From Thermodesulfobacteriota bacterium (GTDB lineage Bacteria > Desulfobacterota_D > UBA1144 > Nemesobacterales > Nemesobacteraceae), in the NCBI GenBank assembly GCA_965220925.1, contig OZ244851.1, forward strand, positions 1,500,040 to 1,564,039: 64,000 nt of DNA, read 5' to 3'. The translations under genes and the position numbers were made by a program. This document shows positions 46,939 to 59,523 of the stretch, in pieces (the first letter of the stretch is position 1; every line of letters begins with the position of its first letter). A model generated the notes under the pieces. The model did not search any database, was not told the origin of the DNA, and was given only the letters and a program-made list of their open reading frames with translations.

Positions 46939-47409
46939 ATGTCGAGAAAAGGTAGAGCGTCGAGAAGAAAAATCACACCGGATTGCAAAACCGGAGATTT
47001 AATAGTGGCCAAGTTCATAAATAATCTCATGTACAACGGCAAGAAGAGCAAGGCGGAGAAAATCTTCTACGCCTCCCTTGAGAAAATAGCGGAAAAGACC
47101 GGAAAAGATCCGGTTGAAGTTTTTCACGAAGCTCTCGATAGGGTTAAACCTTCGGTCGAAGTGAGATCAAGACGCGTGGGAGGAGCCAATTATCAAGTCC
47201 CCATGGAAGTGAGTTCGTTTAGAAAACAGTCTCTCGGGATCAGATGGCTTATAAATTCTTCCCGCTCCAGATCCGAAAAATCCATGATAGAAAAACTCTC
47301 CTCCGAAATAATCGACGCCTACAACAACAAAGGCAACGCGGTAAAGAAAAAAGAGGATGTTCACAGAATGGCCGAGGCCAATAGAGCCTTCGCCCATTAC
47401 AGGTGGTAA
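46939..47409 (+). CDS. rpsG: 30S ribosomal protein S7
   Basis: 156 aa ending ...[10 protein letters not shown], in str operon order. Confidence 0.95.
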   Translation: MSRKGRASRRKITPDCKTGDLIVAKFINNLMYNGKKSKAEKIFYASLEKIAEKTGKDPVEVFHEALDRVKPSVEVRSRRVGGANYQVPMEVSSFRKQSLGIRWLINSSRSRSEKSMIEKLSSEIIDAYNNKGNAVKKKEDVHRMAEANRAFAHYRW

Positions 47410-47426
47410 CCGCGCGGAGCACTAAG

Positions 47427-49511
47427 ATGTCGGAACAAGTATTCCCCATAGACAGAGTAAGAAACATTGGAATAGTGGCCCACATAGACGCGGGCAAAAC
47501 CACCACTACCGAAAGAATACTGTTCTATACCGGTATAACATACAAAATAGGTGAAGTGCACGAAGGCGCGGCTACCATGGACTGGATGGAGCAGGAGCGC
47601 GAAAGAGGAATTACCATAACTTCCGCCACGACCACCTGTTTCTGGAAGGATTGCAGAATAAATATTATAGATACCCCGGGTCACGTCGATTTCACAATAG
47701 AGGTTGAAAGATCACTTAAGGTTCTAGACGGCGCCGTGGTGGTGTTTGACTGCGTTGGAGGAGTCGAACCTCAGACGGAAACCGTCTGGGGGCAAGCCGA
47801 CCGTTACTCCGTGCCCAGAATGTGTTTCGTGAATAAAATGGACAGGGTGGGAGCCGATTTCTATAGAGTCGTCGAACAGGTAAAAGATAGACTTGGCGCA
47901 AACCCCGTGTGTCTTCAGATTCCATGGTTCGACGGTGATGAATTTACCGGAATAGTCGATCTGATAACCATGAAAATGGCGATATGGGACGGGGAAAGTC
48001 TGGGAGCGAAGTTTGAATTTATGGATATTCCCGAAGATCTCAAACAACGCGCCGAAGAGTACAGAGAGAAGTTGCTTGAATCTCTTTCGGACAACGACGA
48101 AGAGATAATGGAACTTTACTTGGGCGGGGAAGAGGTTCCCGAGGAAATGATTCATAAAGCGGTAAGACGGCAGACTATCGACGCGGCGATAATACCGGTA
48201 ATGCTCGGATCGGCGTTTAAAAACAAAGGAATACAGCTTCTGCTCGACGCCGTGGTTCGATATATGCCCGCCCCGGTGGACTTGCCTCCCGTAAATGGAA
48301 TACATCCCAAAACAGAGGAAGAAACACCTAGAAAGCCGGATAAAGACGAGCCGTTTTCCGCGCTTGCTTTTAAGATTATGACCGATCCTTTCGTCGGGCA
48401 GCTTACCTATCTTAGGGTTTATTCCGGAAAGCTCAGCTCGGGTACCACGGTTTTTAATTCATCCAATCTTAAAAACGAGAAAATCGGAAGGCTTCTGCGC
48501 ATGCACGCGGAAAAGCGTGAAGACATAAAGGAAGTCGAAGCGGGAGGAATAGCGGCCGCGGTCGGACTTAAAAACACCCTTACGGGCGATACTTTGTGCT
48601 CAAGTTCTAACCCGGTGATTCTCGAGAGTCTTCATATATCCGACCCGGTTATTTCAATAGCAATAGAGCCCAAGTCAAACGCCGATCAGGAAAAACTGGG
48701 ACTCTCTCTAAACAAGCTGGCGATGGAAGACCCTTCCTTCAAAGTCAAAGCCGACGAAGAGACTGGCCAGACGGTAATCTCAGGCATGGGAGAACTGCAC
48801 CTGGAAATAATAGTAGACAGGCTTAGAAGGGAGTTCAACGTCGACGCGAATGTCGGAAAGCCCCAGGTGGCCTACAGAGAAACTATAACGACAAGCGCGC
48901 AGACCGAAGGAAAATACATAAGACAGACCGGCGGTCGCGGACAGTACGGCCATGTGAAGATAAAAGTGGAGCCTCTTGAGAGAGGCGAAGGATTTCAATT
49001 CAACGATAGTATAAAAGGAGGGGTGATTCCCAAGGAATTTATCCCGGCGGTGGAAAAAGGAATAGTCGAGGCCATGGAAACCGGAGTCGTTTCCGGATAC
49101 CCGGTGGTTGACGTGGCGATTACTCTCTACGACGGTTCTTTCCATGATGTGGATTCTTCCGAAATAGCCTTTAAAATAGCCGGCTCCATGGCGTTTAAAG
49201 AGGCGGTTCAGAAATCTTCCCCGGTAATTCTGGAACCCGTAATGAAGGTGGAAGTAGTGGTTCCAGAAACTCATATGGGAACCGTAATAGGAGATTTGAG
49301 CTCGAGAAGGGGAAGGGTGAGCAGCACCGAGATGAGAGGCGCGCTGCAGGCCGTAAAAGCCGAAGTTCCGCTTGGAGAGATGTTTGGATACGCGACCAGC
49401 CTAAGGTCCATGACCGAAGGACGCGGGTCGTTCACTATGGAATTTTCTCATTACTTCGCTCTGCCCGCCAATATCGCGGAGGAATTAAAACAAATAGCGA
49501 ATGTAAGTTGA
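47427..49511 (+). CDS. fusA: Elongation factor G
   Basis: The start is taken at ATG 47427, which follows GGAG. Motifs: [34 protein letters not shown]. Confidence 0.96.
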   Translation: MSEQVFPIDRVRNIGIVAHIDAGKTTTTERILFYTGITYKIGEVHEGAATMDWMEQERERGITITSATTTCFWKDCRINIIDTPGHVDFTIEVERSLKVLDGAVVVFDCVGGVEPQTETVWGQADRYSVPRMCFVNKMDRVGADFYRVVEQVKDRLGANPVCLQIPWFDGDEFTGIVDLITMKMAIWDGESLGAKFEFMDIPEDLKQRAEEYREKLLESLSDNDEEIMELYLGGEEVPEEMIHKAVRRQTIDAAIIPVMLGSAFKNKGIQLLLDAVVRYMPAPVDLPPVNGIHPKTEEETPRKPDKDEPFSALAFKIMTDPFVGQLTYLRVYSGKLSSGTTVFNSSNLKNEKIGRLLRMHAEKREDIKEVEAGGIAAAVGLKNTLTGDTLCSSSNPVILESLHISDPVISIAIEPKSNADQEKLGLSLNKLAMEDPSFKVKADEETGQTVISGMGELHLEIIVDRLRREFNVDANVGKPQVAYRETITTSAQTEGKYIRQTGGRGQYGHVKIKVEPLERGEGFQFNDSIKGGVIPKEFIPAVEKGIVEAMETGVVSGYPVVDVAITLYDGSFHDVDSSEIAFKIAGSMAFKEAVQKSSPVILEPVMKVEVVVPETHMGTVIGDLSSRRGRVSSTEMRGALQAVKAEVPLGEMFGYATSLRSMTEGRGSFTMEFSHYFALPANIAEELKQIANVS

Positions 49512-49549
49512 TGTTTCATGTTTTTTATTTAAAAGGAGGATAGAAGGAG

Positions 49550-50733
<1,184 letters not shown>

Positions 50734-50734
<1 letters not shown>

Positions 50735-51054
50735 TGAGCAAAGCTTCTAAAATAAGAATAAAGCTTAAGTCTTTTGACTATAGGCTCCTTGATAATTCCG
50801 CGGAGGAAATAGTCGATACGGCTAAGAGGACGGGAGCGAGAATAGCGGGTCCCGTACCGCTTCCGACTAGCGTGAACAGGTACTGCGTTTTGCGCGGACC
50901 TCACGTGAATAAAAACTCAAGAGAGCATTTTGAGATAAGGACCCACAAAAGGCTTGTGGACATACTTGAACCCACGCAGCAGACGATAGACGAATTGATG
51001 AAGCTGAATCTTGCTTCCGGCGTGGAAGTGGAAATAAAACTTACCGGTTCGTAG
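50734..51054 (+). CDS. rpsJ: 30S ribosomal protein S10
   Basis: 106 aa with [10 protein letters not shown]. The ATG overlaps the tuf stop (TAATG). Confidence 0.95.
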
Positions 51055-51059
51055 AAAAG

Positions 51060-51698
51060 ATGATACAGGGACTTATAGGAAAAAAACGAGGAATGACCGA
51101 GTTTTTCAACGAAGATATGGTGAAAGTGGTTACCACAGTCGTTGAAGCCGGTCCTTGCGTCGTGGTCTCGAAAAAAAGCAAGGATAAAAACGGTTACGAC
51201 GCCGTTCAGCTTGGCTTCGAAGACGCGAAACCTCAAAGGCTTTCGCGACCGATGAAAGAGTATTTCGCTAAAGCCGGAGTGAGTCCCAAAAAACTACTCA
51301 AGGAATTTATCGCCAATACGGACGATTACAACGTGGGAGATATGGTGAAAGTGGACGTTTTTAAGGTGGGAGACGTTTTAGACGTTACCGCCAAGAGTAA
51401 AGGTAAGGGATTCGCCGGCACTATAAAACGTCATAATTTCTCAAGACAGCCAATGTCCCACGGAGGTATGGCTCACAGAAGGCCCGGATCCATAGGACAG
51501 GCCTCTTATCCCGCCAAAGTATGGAAAGGTTTGAAAATGCCCGGGCGTATGGGCGGAAAGAAAGTCACCGTGCAGGGAGTGCAGGTGGTGGATATAGATG
51601 TGGAGAAAAATCTTATTTTCGTGAAAGGTTCGGTTCCGGGTCCTGTGGGAGGAACCGTTCTGCTTAAACGCACATCGAAGGGGACGACCGATGCTTGA
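51060..51698 (+). CDS. rplC: 50S ribosomal protein L3
   Basis: 212 aa, [11 protein letters not shown] and KGKGFAG.IKRH.F, in S10 operon order. Confidence 0.95.
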   Translation: MIQGLIGKKRGMTEFFNEDMVKVVTTVVEAGPCVVVSKKSKDKNGYDAVQLGFEDAKPQRLSRPMKEYFAKAGVSPKKLLKEFIANTDDYNVGDMVKVDVFKVGDVLDVTAKSKGKGFAGTIKRHNFSRQPMSHGGMAHRRPGSIGQASYPAKVWKGLKMPGRMGGKKVTVQGVQVVDIDVEKNLIFVKGSVPGPVGGTVLLKRTSKGTTDA

Positions 51699-52311
51699 GG
51701 TTGATGTTTACGATATTTCCAAAAAGAAAGTTGGAACCATCGAGCTTCGCTCGGAGATTTTCGAGGTTGAGGTGAAAAAACACATACTTCACGAAGTCGC
51801 TAACTGGCAACTTGCCAAAAGAAGGGCGGGGACTGCCTCCACCAAGACCAGGGCGGAGGTGCGAGGTGGCGGCGCGAAGCCTTGGAAGCAAAAGCATACG
51901 GGCCGCGCGAGGGCAGGCTCCAGACGCTCTCCGATCTGGCGTAAGGGAGGGGTGGTTTTCGGACCGAAACCTAAAGACTGGTCGTATTCAATTCCCAAAA
52001 AAGTAAGGAAAGCGGCGCTTATCTACGCTCTTTCGAGCCGCTTTGAAGAAGGCGCGATATTGGTGCTCGACAATTTCGATCTTCCCGAAATAAAAACCAG
52101 ACGGGTGGCGGAGTTTATGAAGCAATTTGAACTTTCTCAAGCCCTTTTGGTTATCGGTTCCGACAATGAAAATCTCAAAAAATCCGCGAGGAACATACCA
52201 GACGTTAAGGTGCTAAACGACGAAGGGCTTAACGTTTACGATCTGCTTAGGCACAAGAATATAGTTCTGGTAAAAGATTCGGTCGAGAAAATCCAGGAGA
52301 GACTGTCTTGA
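51691..52311 (+). CDS. rplD: 50S ribosomal protein L4
   Basis: 206 aa with KPW.QK.TGRAR.GS...P.W..GG..FGP. Confidence 0.94.
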   Translation: MLEVDVYDISKKKVGTIELRSEIFEVEVKKHILHEVANWQLAKRRAGTASTKTRAEVRGGGAKPWKQKHTGRARAGSRRSPIWRKGGVVFGPKPKDWSYSIPKKVRKAALIYALSSRFEEGAILVLDNFDLPEIKTRRVAEFMKQFELSQALLVIGSDNENLKKSARNIPDVKVLNDEGLNVYDLLRHKNIVLVKDSVEKIQERLS

Positions 52312-52595
52312 AAGATCCGCGCTCTGTAATAAAGCTTCCCATAGTCACCGAGAAAAGCACCGAAGCCGGCGAACAGGGGTGGTATGTTTTCTCTGTCGAC
52401 AGAAAATCGAATAAGAAGCAAATACAGGATTCGATCGAGAAAATCTTCGGAGTCAAGGTGGACAAAGTAAGAACGCTCGTTCTTCCTGGAAAGAGAGTGA
52501 AAAGACTCGGCAGAGTCGTGGGAAAAAGATCCGCGGTAAAAAAAGCTTACGTAAAGCTTAGGGAAGGAGAAATTAAATTGTTTGAGGGAGTCTGA
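52308..52595 (+). CDS. rplW: 50S ribosomal protein L23
   Basis: 95 aa. The TTG start overlaps the rplD stop. It has the P.VTEKS motif. Confidence 0.9.
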   Translation: MKDPRSVIKLPIVTEKSTEAGEQGWYVFSVDRKSNKKQIQDSIEKIFGVKVDKVRTLVLPGKRVKRLGRVVGKRSAVKKAYVKLREGEIKLFEGV

Positions 52596-52597
52596 TT

Positions 52598-53440
52598 ATG
52601 GGAGTGAAAAAATACAATCCAACATCTCCCGGAAGAAGGTTTATGTCCGGCTTTGATTTTGAAGAGATAAGCTCTAAAAAACCCCACAAGTCGCTTACCG
52701 CTTCAATCAAAAAGAACTCCGGACGCAACTCGAACGGAAGAATCACAAGCTTCAGAAAAGGCGGAGGCCACAAAAAGCGGTACAGAATAATAGATTTCAA
52801 AAGGGAAAAGTACGGAGTGCCCGCCAGGGTCGTATCGTTGGAATACGATCCGTACCGCTCGGCGAGAATAGCTCTTCTGGCTTACGCAGACGGCGAGAAA
52901 AGATATATAATAGCCCCGGCGGGTCTCAAAGTGGGCGATAAACTCCAATCCGGCCCCGACGCGGAAGTTTCAAGCGGAAACGCTCTTCCGATAGATAATA
53001 TCCCGGTAGGTACGGTTATTCACAACATAGAAATGAAGCCGGGAGGAGGCGGGAAACTCGTTCGTTCCGCGGGTTCTGCGGCTCAGATAGTGGCAAAGGA
53101 CGGAAACTACGCGCAGATAAAACTCGCCTCCGGCGAAATAAGGCTGATTCACCTTCGGTGCATGGCTACTGTGGGAAGAATCGGAAACGTCGAAAACGAA
53201 CTAATAGTCTGGGGCAAGGCGGGCAGATCTCGGCATAAGGGAAAAAGGCCCACCGTTCGCGGAGTGGCTATGAATCCCATCGATCATCCTCACGGAGGAG
53301 GGGAAGGCAAAGCGACCAAGGGAAATCCCCATCCGGTTTCTCCTTGGGGATGGATTACCATAGGAAAGAAAACGAGAAACAATAAAAGAATGGATAAATA
53401 CATAGTGAAACCGAGAAGAGTCGGCTACGGAATGGATTAA
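52598..53440 (+). CDS. rplB: 50S ribosomal protein L2
   Basis: 280 aa with TSPGRR and [15 protein letters not shown]. Confidence 0.96.
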   Translation: MGVKKYNPTSPGRRFMSGFDFEEISSKKPHKSLTASIKKNSGRNSNGRITSFRKGGGHKKRYRIIDFKREKYGVPARVVSLEYDPYRSARIALLAYADGEKRYIIAPAGLKVGDKLQSGPDAEVSSGNALPIDNIPVGTVIHNIEMKPGGGGKLVRSAGSAAQIVAKDGNYAQIKLASGEIRLIHLRCMATVGRIGNVENELIVWGKAGRSRHKGKRPTVRGVAMNPIDHPHGGGEGKATKGNPHPVSPWGWITIGKKTRNNKRMDKYIVKPRRVGYGMD

Positions 53441-53454
53441 AGCGGGAATCTCAT

Positions 53455-53733
53455 ATGGCAAGATCAAGTAAAAAAGGACAGTACGTACACGAAAAACTTA
53501 TGAAGAAAGTTGGACGGGCGCAAAGTTCCGGCAGCGAGAAAATTATCAAGACGTGGTCAAGGGCGTCTATGATAACTCCGGAGATGATAGGAATGACTTT
53601 CGCCGTGCATAACGGAAAAAGATTTGTTCCCGTTTACGTATCGGAGCAGATGATCGGACATAGGTTGGGAGAGTTTTCGCCCACGAGAACGTACCACGGT
53701 CACGCGGGTGACAGAAAAGCGAAAAAGAGATAA
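53455..53733 (+). CDS. rpsS: 30S ribosomal protein S19
   Basis: 92 aa with [14 protein letters not shown].....M.GH.LGEF.PTR. Confidence 0.95.
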   Translation: MARSSKKGQYVHEKLMKKVGRAQSSGSEKIIKTWSRASMITPEMIGMTFAVHNGKRFVPVYVSEQMIGHRLGEFSPTRTYHGHAGDRKAKKR

Positions 53734-53747
53734 CGAAGAGATATAAG

Positions 53748-54086
53748 ATGGTTTCTAAAGCAGTACATAAATACGCGAGAGTATCGCCGAAGAAAGCGAG
53801 GGTGGTCCTTGACCTCATAAGAGGTAGAAGCGTGGAGGAAGCTTCCTCGATTCTTTTCTCCGTGCGCAAAAGGGTTTCGCCGCTTGTTTCCAACTTGCTG
53901 AAATCCGCCGTCGCAAACGCCTCGGAAAAAGGATACGGCGATGTCGACTCTCTATACGTAAAGGAAGTTTACGCTACGCAAGGGCCAACGCTTAAACGCT
54001 TCAGAGCTAGAGCCATGGGTAGGGCGTTTGCGCGTAAAAGCCGAATGAGTCACATAACGATAGTACTTGAACAGAGAGGATTTTGA
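53748..54086 (+). CDS. rplV: 50S ribosomal protein L22
   Basis: 112 aa with R.SP.KAR.V.DLIRG in operon order. Confidence 0.93.
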   Translation: MVSKAVHKYARVSPKKARVVLDLIRGRSVEEASSILFSVRKRVSPLVSNLLKSAVANASEKGYGDVDSLYVKEVYATQGPTLKRFRARAMGRAFARKSRMSHITIVLEQRGF

Positions 54087-54087
54087 A

Positions 54088-54780
54088 TTGGGACAGAAAG
54101 TTAATCCTATAGGATTTCGCATCGGAATAGTTAAGTCTTGGGATTCCAAATGGTTTGCCGAGAAACAGCGTTACAGAGACTTGCTCAAAGAAGACGTGGA
54201 AGTGCGCAACTACATAAAAAAGACTTTTTATCAAGCCGCGATATCTAATATAGAAATTGAAAGAACCGCGGCCGACAAGGTCAGAATTTTGGTGTACGCT
54301 GCAAGGCCGGGAATTCTCATAGGGAGAAAAGGTCAGGAAATAGAGCAACTTAAGAAAAAACTTCAGACTATGACCAAAAAAGGGATATTTCTCGATATAA
54401 GAGAGGTGAAAAGGCCGGAAACCGACGCGCAACTCGTTGCGGAAAACCTGGCGCTTCAACTTGAGAGAAGAGTCGCGTACAGAAGGGCGATGAAAAGAGT
54501 GCTTTCATCTTCGCTTCGCTCCGGGGTTTTGGGAATAAAGGTTATGGTCGCCGGTCGCTTGGGCGGCGCGGAAATCGCCAGAAGAGAGTGGTACAGAGAA
54601 GGCAGAGTTCCGCTTGGAACTCTGAGGGCGGATCTTGACTATGGAGTTGCCGAGGCGTCCACCACGTACGGAATTATAGGGGTGAAAGCCTGGATATTCA
54701 AAGGCGAAATAATACGGAAAAAGTCAAAAGAAGAACTAAGTCAGGATACAGAGAAAGAGAATACGGATGCTTCAGCCTAA
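54088..54780 (+). CDS. rpsC: 30S ribosomal protein S3
   Basis: The start is moved to TTG 54088, giving (M)[12 protein letters not shown], with AGAGAGGA 7 nt upstream. It has a KH domain and [10 protein letters not shown]. Confidence 0.93.
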   Translation: MGQKVNPIGFRIGIVKSWDSKWFAEKQRYRDLLKEDVEVRNYIKKTFYQAAISNIEIERTAADKVRILVYAARPGILIGRKGQEIEQLKKKLQTMTKKGIFLDIREVKRPETDAQLVAENLALQLERRVAYRRAMKRVLSSSLRSGVLGIKVMVAGRLGGAEIARREWYREGRVPLGTLRADLDYGVAEASTTYGIIGVKAWIFKGEIIRKKSKEELSQDTEKENTDASA

Positions 54781-55189
54781 AAAAACGAAATACAGAAAGC
54801 AGTTTAAGGGAAGAAACAGAGGGGCCGCCACCAGGGGAACTAAATTCGCCTTTGGCGATTTGGCTCTTCAGACCGTTGAAAACGGCGTGATTACCTCAAG
54901 GCAGATAGAGGCCGCGCGTATAGCTATCACCAGGCATGTGAGAAGAGGGGCGAATCTTTGGATAAGAATATTTCCTTATAAGCCGATTACCAAAAAACCC
55001 GCGGAAACCAGGATGGGCAAAGGCAAGGGAGATGTGGACAGTTACGTGGTTCCGGTGAAAAGAGGACAATTCCTCTATGAAATATCGGGAGTGGGAGAGG
55101 ATCTGGCGCGTTCTGCACTGAGACTCGCTTCATACAAGCTGCCTTTAAAAACCAAAGTGGTCTCAAGAAGCGAGGAGGAATTGATCTGA
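54767..55189 (+). CDS. rplP: 50S ribosomal protein L16
   Basis: 140 aa with [15 protein letters not shown] and RMGKGKG. Confidence 0.95.
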   Translation: MLQPKKTKYRKQFKGRNRGAATRGTKFAFGDLALQTVENGVITSRQIEAARIAITRHVRRGANLWIRIFPYKPITKKPAETRMGKGKGDVDSYVVPVKRGQFLYEISGVGEDLARSALRLASYKLPLKTKVVSRSEEELI

Positions 55190-55398
55190 TGGGAAATCCT
55201 AGCGCCGAAGAACTAAGGAATCTCACCGCGGAAGAATTGCGCAAGCGCGAGCGCGATATGAACGAAGAACTTTTCAACGTAAGAATGCAGGTCTCTACCG
55301 GGCAAAATCCCAACAACGCAAGGGTAAAGCAGTTAAGAAGAGAAATCGCGCGAATACTTACAATAAAAAAGCAACGAAATATCGCTTCGGGGAGCTAG
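55189..55398 (+). CDS. rpmC: 50S ribosomal protein L29
   Basis: 69 aa with the L29 pattern (EL..L..ELFNVRMQ) in operon position. Confidence 0.88.
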   Translation: MGNPSAEELRNLTAEELRKRERDMNEELFNVRMQVSTGQNPNNARVKQLRREIARILTIKKQRNIASGS

Positions 55399-55402
55399 TT
55401 TT

Positions 55403-55663
55403 ATGCAAAGAGGCAAATTAAAAACCAGAACGGGAATAGTGGTTGGGAACAAAATGGATAAAACCGCGGTTGTAAAAGTGGAGCGCATAAAAAGTCACGG
55501 GCGCTACAAAAGGCAGATAAGGCTCAGCACCCGGTTTAAAGCCCACGACGAACGCAACCAGTGCGATATAGGCGACAAGGTGGTAATTATAGAGTCCCGG
55601 CCGCACAGCAAAACCAAGAGATGGAGAGTAAGCAAGATTATAGGTCGCGAAGCGGGCGTTTAA
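55403..55663 (+). CDS. rpsQ: 30S ribosomal protein S17
   Basis: 86 aa with G.VV..KMDKT.VV.VER...H..Y. Confidence 0.92.
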   Translation: MQRGKLKTRTGIVVGNKMDKTAVVKVERIKSHGRYKRQIRLSTRFKAHDERNQCDIGDKVVIIESRPHSKTKRWRVSKIIGREAGV

Positions 55664-55702
55664 AACGCGTCTCGTCGTTACTCGCGCAAAGAGAGAGACG
55701 AT

Positions 55703-56071
55703 ATGATTCAGTCAAGCACATATCTGGATTCGGCGGACAACACCGGGGCTAAAAGTCTTTTCTGCATAAAAGTTCTCGGAGGATCGGGTAGAAAATACGC
55801 GCGACTTGGAGACGTGGTGGTCGTTTCGGTAAAACAGGCCATTCCCAAGTCCAAGGTGGAGAAAGGTTCGGTATACAAAGCGGTGATAGTCAGAGTGAAA
55901 AAGGAACAGAGAAGGCCCGACGGCACATATGTGCGTTTTGACGACAACGCCGCGGTCATAATAGACAAGGAAAACGAGCCCATAGGAACCAGGGTGTTCG
56001 GTCCGATCGCTCGCGAACTCAGACTAAAAGGTTTTATGAAAATTATCTCCCTCGCTCCGGAGGTCGTTTGA
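55703..56071 (+). CDS. rplN: 50S ribosomal protein L14
   Basis: 122 aa, from [17 protein letters not shown] to ISLAPEVV. Confidence 0.96.
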   Translation: MIQSSTYLDSADNTGAKSLFCIKVLGGSGRKYARLGDVVVVSVKQAIPKSKVEKGSVYKAVIVRVKKEQRRPDGTYVRFDDNAAVIIDKENEPIGTRVFGPIARELRLKGFMKIISLAPEVV

Positions 56072-56073
56072 GA

Positions 56074-56403
56074 ATGCCGGTTGGAAAAAGAAAATTTCAT
56101 ATAAAGGCCGGAGACACCGTTCGGGTAATTGCGGGCAAGGAAAAGGGCAAGACGGGCAAGGTGCTGAGAATCGACAAAACCTCGGAAAAAGTCTTTGTGG
56201 AGAAGCTCAACATTATAAAAAGACACAGTCGCCCTACGCAGAAAAACCCCGGCGGCGGCATTGTCGAAAAAGAAGCCGGGATACATGTCTCGAATCTGAT
56301 GATTTACGATTCCGAAAACGCGGTTTCGGTGAAAGTCGGATACAAAATCGCCGAGGACGGGAAGAAAATTAGATATAACAAGAAAACTGGGAAGGAAATC
56401 TGA
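56074..56403 (+). CDS. rplX: 50S ribosomal protein L24
   Basis: The start is taken at ATG 56074. It has the KOW motif [20 protein letters not shown]. Confidence 0.92.
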   Translation: MPVGKRKFHIKAGDTVRVIAGKEKGKTGKVLRIDKTSEKVFVEKLNIIKRHSRPTQKNPGGGIVEKEAGIHVSNLMIYDSENAVSVKVGYKIAEDGKKIRYNKKTGKEI

Positions 56404-56407
56404 AAAA

Positions 56408-56962
56408 ATGATTCCTAGAATAAAAACTCTTTACATGAAAGAAGCCGTTCCTGCGTTGATGGAAAAATTTTCTTACAAAAATTCCATGCAGGTGCCGAAG
56501 CTTGAAAAAATCGTTGTGAACATGGGGCTTGGAAGATTGAGCGAGGCGGGAAGGCATACGCAGGTGATAGATCAAGCAGTTTCGGAACTGTCGGAAATCG
56601 CGGGACAGAAACCCGTTGTTACCAAAGCTCGTAAATCCATCGCGGGCTTCAAATTAAGGGAAGGTCAGCCCTTGGGTTGTATGGTTACTTTGCGTGGAGA
56701 GAGAATGTACGAATTTTTCGACCGCCTGGTGAATCTGGCTCTTCCGAGAGTAAGAGATTTCAAGGGGCTTTCGGCTCGCGCTTTTGACGGTTCGGGCAAT
56801 TACACCCTGGGAATAAAAGAGCATCTGGTTTTTCCCGAAGTGGATTACAGCAAAATTCAGCACAACAAAGGAATGAATGTGAGTCTTGTTACAACTTCCG
56901 AAACGGACGAGGAAGCGCTTGAGCTTCTCTCCCTCCTAGGGGTTCCGTTTGCGAAAAGTTAA
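56408..56962 (+). CDS. rplE: 50S ribosomal protein L5
   Basis: 184 aa with [11 protein letters not shown] and GNY.LGI.E...FPE. Confidence 0.95.
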   Translation: MIPRIKTLYMKEAVPALMEKFSYKNSMQVPKLEKIVVNMGLGRLSEAGRHTQVIDQAVSELSEIAGQKPVVTKARKSIAGFKLREGQPLGCMVTLRGERMYEFFDRLVNLALPRVRDFKGLSARAFDGSGNYTLGIKEHLVFPEVDYSKIQHNKGMNVSLVTTSETDEEALELLSLLGVPFAKS

Positions 56963-56976
56963 TAAAGAGAGGGATT

Positions 56977-57162
56977 ATGACGAGAAAAGCGTTACTTGAA
57001 AAATCGAAGAGAAAGCCAAAATTTCGCGTGCGTGGAGTCAATCGGTGCGGGTTTTGCGGAAGACCGAGAGGTTTTATGAGAAAATTCGGTATCTGCAGGG
57101 TCTGTTTCAGATCTTTGGCCAGCAGGGGACTTCTTCCGGGCGTGAGAAAGGCGAGTTTTTAA
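56977..57162 (+). CDS. rpsN: 30S ribosomal protein S14, type Z (zinc-binding)
   Basis: 61 aa with CxxC...CxxC ([22 protein letters not shown]). Confidence 0.93.
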   Translation: MTRKALLEKSKRKPKFRVRGVNRCGFCGRPRGFMRKFGICRVCFRSLASRGLLPGVRKASF

Positions 57163-57180
57163 GATAAGGATTGAAGAAAA

Positions 57181-57573
57181 ATGACAGATCCGATTGCAGA
57201 TATGCTAAGTAGGGTAAGAAACGCCTTGATGGCGGGTCACACTCATGTGGAAATTCCGGGTTCGAGTATAAAAAGCGAGATTGCCAGGGTTCTAGCGGAA
57301 GAAGGCTATGTGGAGAATTACAGGGTTACAGAGGAAGGGGTAAAGAAAACCATCACCATACGGCTGAAGTACGATCCCGAAGGAAAGTCGGCCATAGAGG
57401 AGATAAAAAGAATAAGCAAGCCCTCAAGAAGGGTTTATGTTGGAGAGAAGGATATTCCTAGAGTCAGGGGTGGAATGGGAATATCGATACTTTCAACCTC
57501 AAGCGGGATAATGACCGGGGTTGCGGCGAGAAGAAAGAAAATCGGTGGAGAGATTCTCTGCACCGTGATCTGA
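57181..57573 (+). CDS. rpsH: 30S ribosomal protein S8
   Basis: 130 aa, from MTDPIADMLSRVRNA to GGEILC.V. Confidence 0.95.
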   Translation: MTDPIADMLSRVRNALMAGHTHVEIPGSSIKSEIARVLAEEGYVENYRVTEEGVKKTITIRLKYDPEGKSAIEEIKRISKPSRRVYVGEKDIPRVRGGMGISILSTSSGIMTGVAARRKKIGGEILCTVI

Positions 57574-57583
57574 GGATAAGCAG

Positions 57584-58135
57584 ATGTCGAGAATAGGAGC
57601 AAAACCGGTAGTTATTCCCGAAGGAGTAAGTGCTGAGTTAAAAAACGGATCGGTTGAAGTGAGCGGGCCCAAAGGCAATCTTCAGGTTTCCGTGCCTGGG
57701 GGAATAGAAGTTGCGATCGAGGATGGAAGAGTGGTTGTTTCGAGGGAAAGCGAGGAGAAAAAAGTAAAGTCTTTTCATGGTCTTACGCGCAGCTTGATTA
57801 ATAACTGCGTTATAGGAGTGAGTCAGGGATTTACCAAGGTGCTTCGCATAACGGGTACGGGCTACAAAGCGGATCTTGCGGGAAAAACGGCACTTAAACT
57901 CACTCTGGGTTACTCTCATCCGGTGGATTTTCCGCTTCCGCAAGGCATAGAGGCGACTGTGGAGGAACGAGGCACATTGCTTTCAATTCATGGAATCGAC
58001 AAGCAGCTTGTGGGAGAGACCGCGGCGCGCATAAGGAAGGTGAGACCACCTGATTCCTATAAGGGGAAAGGCGTTCGTTACGATGGAGAGAGATTAAAAC
58101 TGAAACCAGGAAAATCCGGAGCGGCGGCAAAATAA
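57584..58135 (+). CDS. rplF: 50S ribosomal protein L6
   Basis: 183 aa with MSRIGAKPV.IP.GV and PDSYKGKGVRY. Confidence 0.95.
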   Translation: MSRIGAKPVVIPEGVSAELKNGSVEVSGPKGNLQVSVPGGIEVAIEDGRVVVSRESEEKKVKSFHGLTRSLINNCVIGVSQGFTKVLRITGTGYKADLAGKTALKLTLGYSHPVDFPLPQGIEATVEERGTLLSIHGIDKQLVGETAARIRKVRPPDSYKGKGVRYDGERLKLKPGKSGAAAK

Positions 58136-58509
58136 TGGCAAATAGAAACAGTAGAGATCTGGCTCGAAAAAGAAGACATCTGGCCGTAAGGAAAAAAATA
58201 AGCGGTACCGCGCAAGTTCCGAGAGTTTCGGTTTTTCGTTCGGCAAAACACATATACGCCCAGATTATAGACGATGTGGCGGAAGTTACGCTTCTTCAGG
58301 CGTCCACAATGTCTTCTGAAACCAAAAAGAGACTCTCGCAAGAGGGTATGAAGAAATCGGAAGTGGCCAAGGAAGTAGGCAAACATCTCGGGGAGATGGC
58401 TGTTGAAAAAGGCATAAAAAAAGTACGTTTCGACAGAGGCGGATACGCTTATCACGGAAGGGTGAAATCGCTTGCGGAGGGAATTCGGGAATCCGGAGTC
58501 GAGTTTTAA
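58135..58509 (+). CDS. rplR: 50S ribosomal protein L18
   Basis: 124 aa with RVSVFRS.KHIYAQIIDD and FDRGGY.YHGRVK.LA.G.RE.G..F. Confidence 0.94.
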   Translation: MANRNSRDLARKRRHLAVRKKISGTAQVPRVSVFRSAKHIYAQIIDDVAEVTLLQASTMSSETKKRLSQEGMKKSEVAKEVGKHLGEMAVEKGIKKVRFDRGGYAYHGRVKSLAEGIRESGVEF

Positions 58510-58534
58510 GGTAAAACCAAGGAGGTCTTTAATA

Positions 58535-59065
58535 TTGGCTGAGAACAGAGTAGATCCAGCGGAGCTTGAATTACAGGAAAAAGTCGTTCACATAAGGAGA
58601 GTCGCGAAAGTGACCAAAGGCGGTAAGAGATTTCATTTTACCGTTCTTGCCGTGGTGGGAAATTCCGATGGAATAGTGGGAGCCGGTTTAGGCAAGTCGA
58701 ACGAAGTTCCCGACGCTGTGAGAAAAGCTGTTGAAAAGGCCAAGAAAAGCCTTATCGAGGTGCCGCGAAACGGGGCTACCATACCTCACGGAATTCGCAC
58801 TGAATACGTGTCGAGCAGAATTATGCTTTTGCCCGCCGCGCCGGGAACCGGAGTTATAGCCGGGGGAGCCGTGCGAGCGGTGGTTGAACTTGCCGGGATA
58901 CACGACGTTCTTTCCAAAGTCGTCGGCTCGAGAAACCCGCTTAATGTTGTTATGGCGGTTATGAAAGGACTTTCGGAACTTCGAGTTCCTGAGGAAGTGG
59001 CTAGAATCAGAAGCAAGGAAATAAAGGATTTGGATCTTTCAAGTTATTACGATACTAATCGGTAG
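58535..59065 (+). CDS. rpsE: 30S ribosomal protein S5
   Basis: The start is moved to TTG 58535, which follows AAGGAGG. Motifs: RV.KVTKGGKRF.F and G.GKS.EVP.A..KA. Confidence 0.92.
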   Translation: MAENRVDPAELELQEKVVHIRRVAKVTKGGKRFHFTVLAVVGNSDGIVGAGLGKSNEVPDAVRKAVEKAKKSLIEVPRNGATIPHGIRTEYVSSRIMLLPAAPGTGVIAGGAVRAVVELAGIHDVLSKVVGSRNPLNVVMAVMKGLSELRVPEEVARIRSKEIKDLDLSSYYDTNR

Positions 59066-59091
59066 AGAGAAAAAGGAAGCGGAGTAAGCGA

Positions 59092-59523
59092 ATGCTAAGT
59101 GAACTTTCACCTGTAAAAGGAGCTAAGGCGGAGAGAAAAAGAGTCGGAAGAGGTGCCGGTTCGCAGGGGAAAACCAGCGGAAGAGGACATAAGGGCCAAG
59201 GTTCCCGTTCGGGCAAAAAAGTGCCGCGTTGGTTTGAGGGCGGTCAGACTCCGCTTAAGATGAGAAGTCCTAAAAGAGGATTCACCAACATATTCAAGAA
59301 AAGCTACGAAATAGTGAACATAAAAGATCTGGGACGTCTCGCAGACGCCCAGGAGGTGACAATCGAGACGCTTTCCGAAGCGGGGATAATAAGCGGCAAA
59401 AAACCCGTCAAGCTTCTTGCCATGGGCGACATAGAGTCGGCTCTGTCGGTAAAGGTTAACGCCTGCAGTGAAGCCGCGGCGCGCAAGATAGCCGATGCGG
59501 GAGGCAAAGTGGAAATAGTATGA
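59092..59523 (+). CDS. rplO: 50S ribosomal protein L15
   Basis: 143 aa with RVGRG.GS..GKTSGRGHKGQ.SRSG. It follows rpsE after a 26-bp gap, so there is no rpmD. Confidence 0.94.
   Translation: MLSELSPVKGAKAERKRVGRGAGSQGKTSGRGHKGQGSRSGKKVPRWFEGGQTPLKMRSPKRGFTNIFKKSYEIVNIKDLGRLADAQEVTIETLSEAGIISGKKPVKLLAMGDIESALSVKVNACSEAAARKIADAGGKVEIV

Noticed and set aside
59066-59091. rpmD (L30) is missing between rpsE and rplO.
   Set aside because: The gap is only 26 bp and there is no pseudogene remnant. Absence of L30 is a known lineage-dependent trait, so this is not evidence of a deletion or misassembly.
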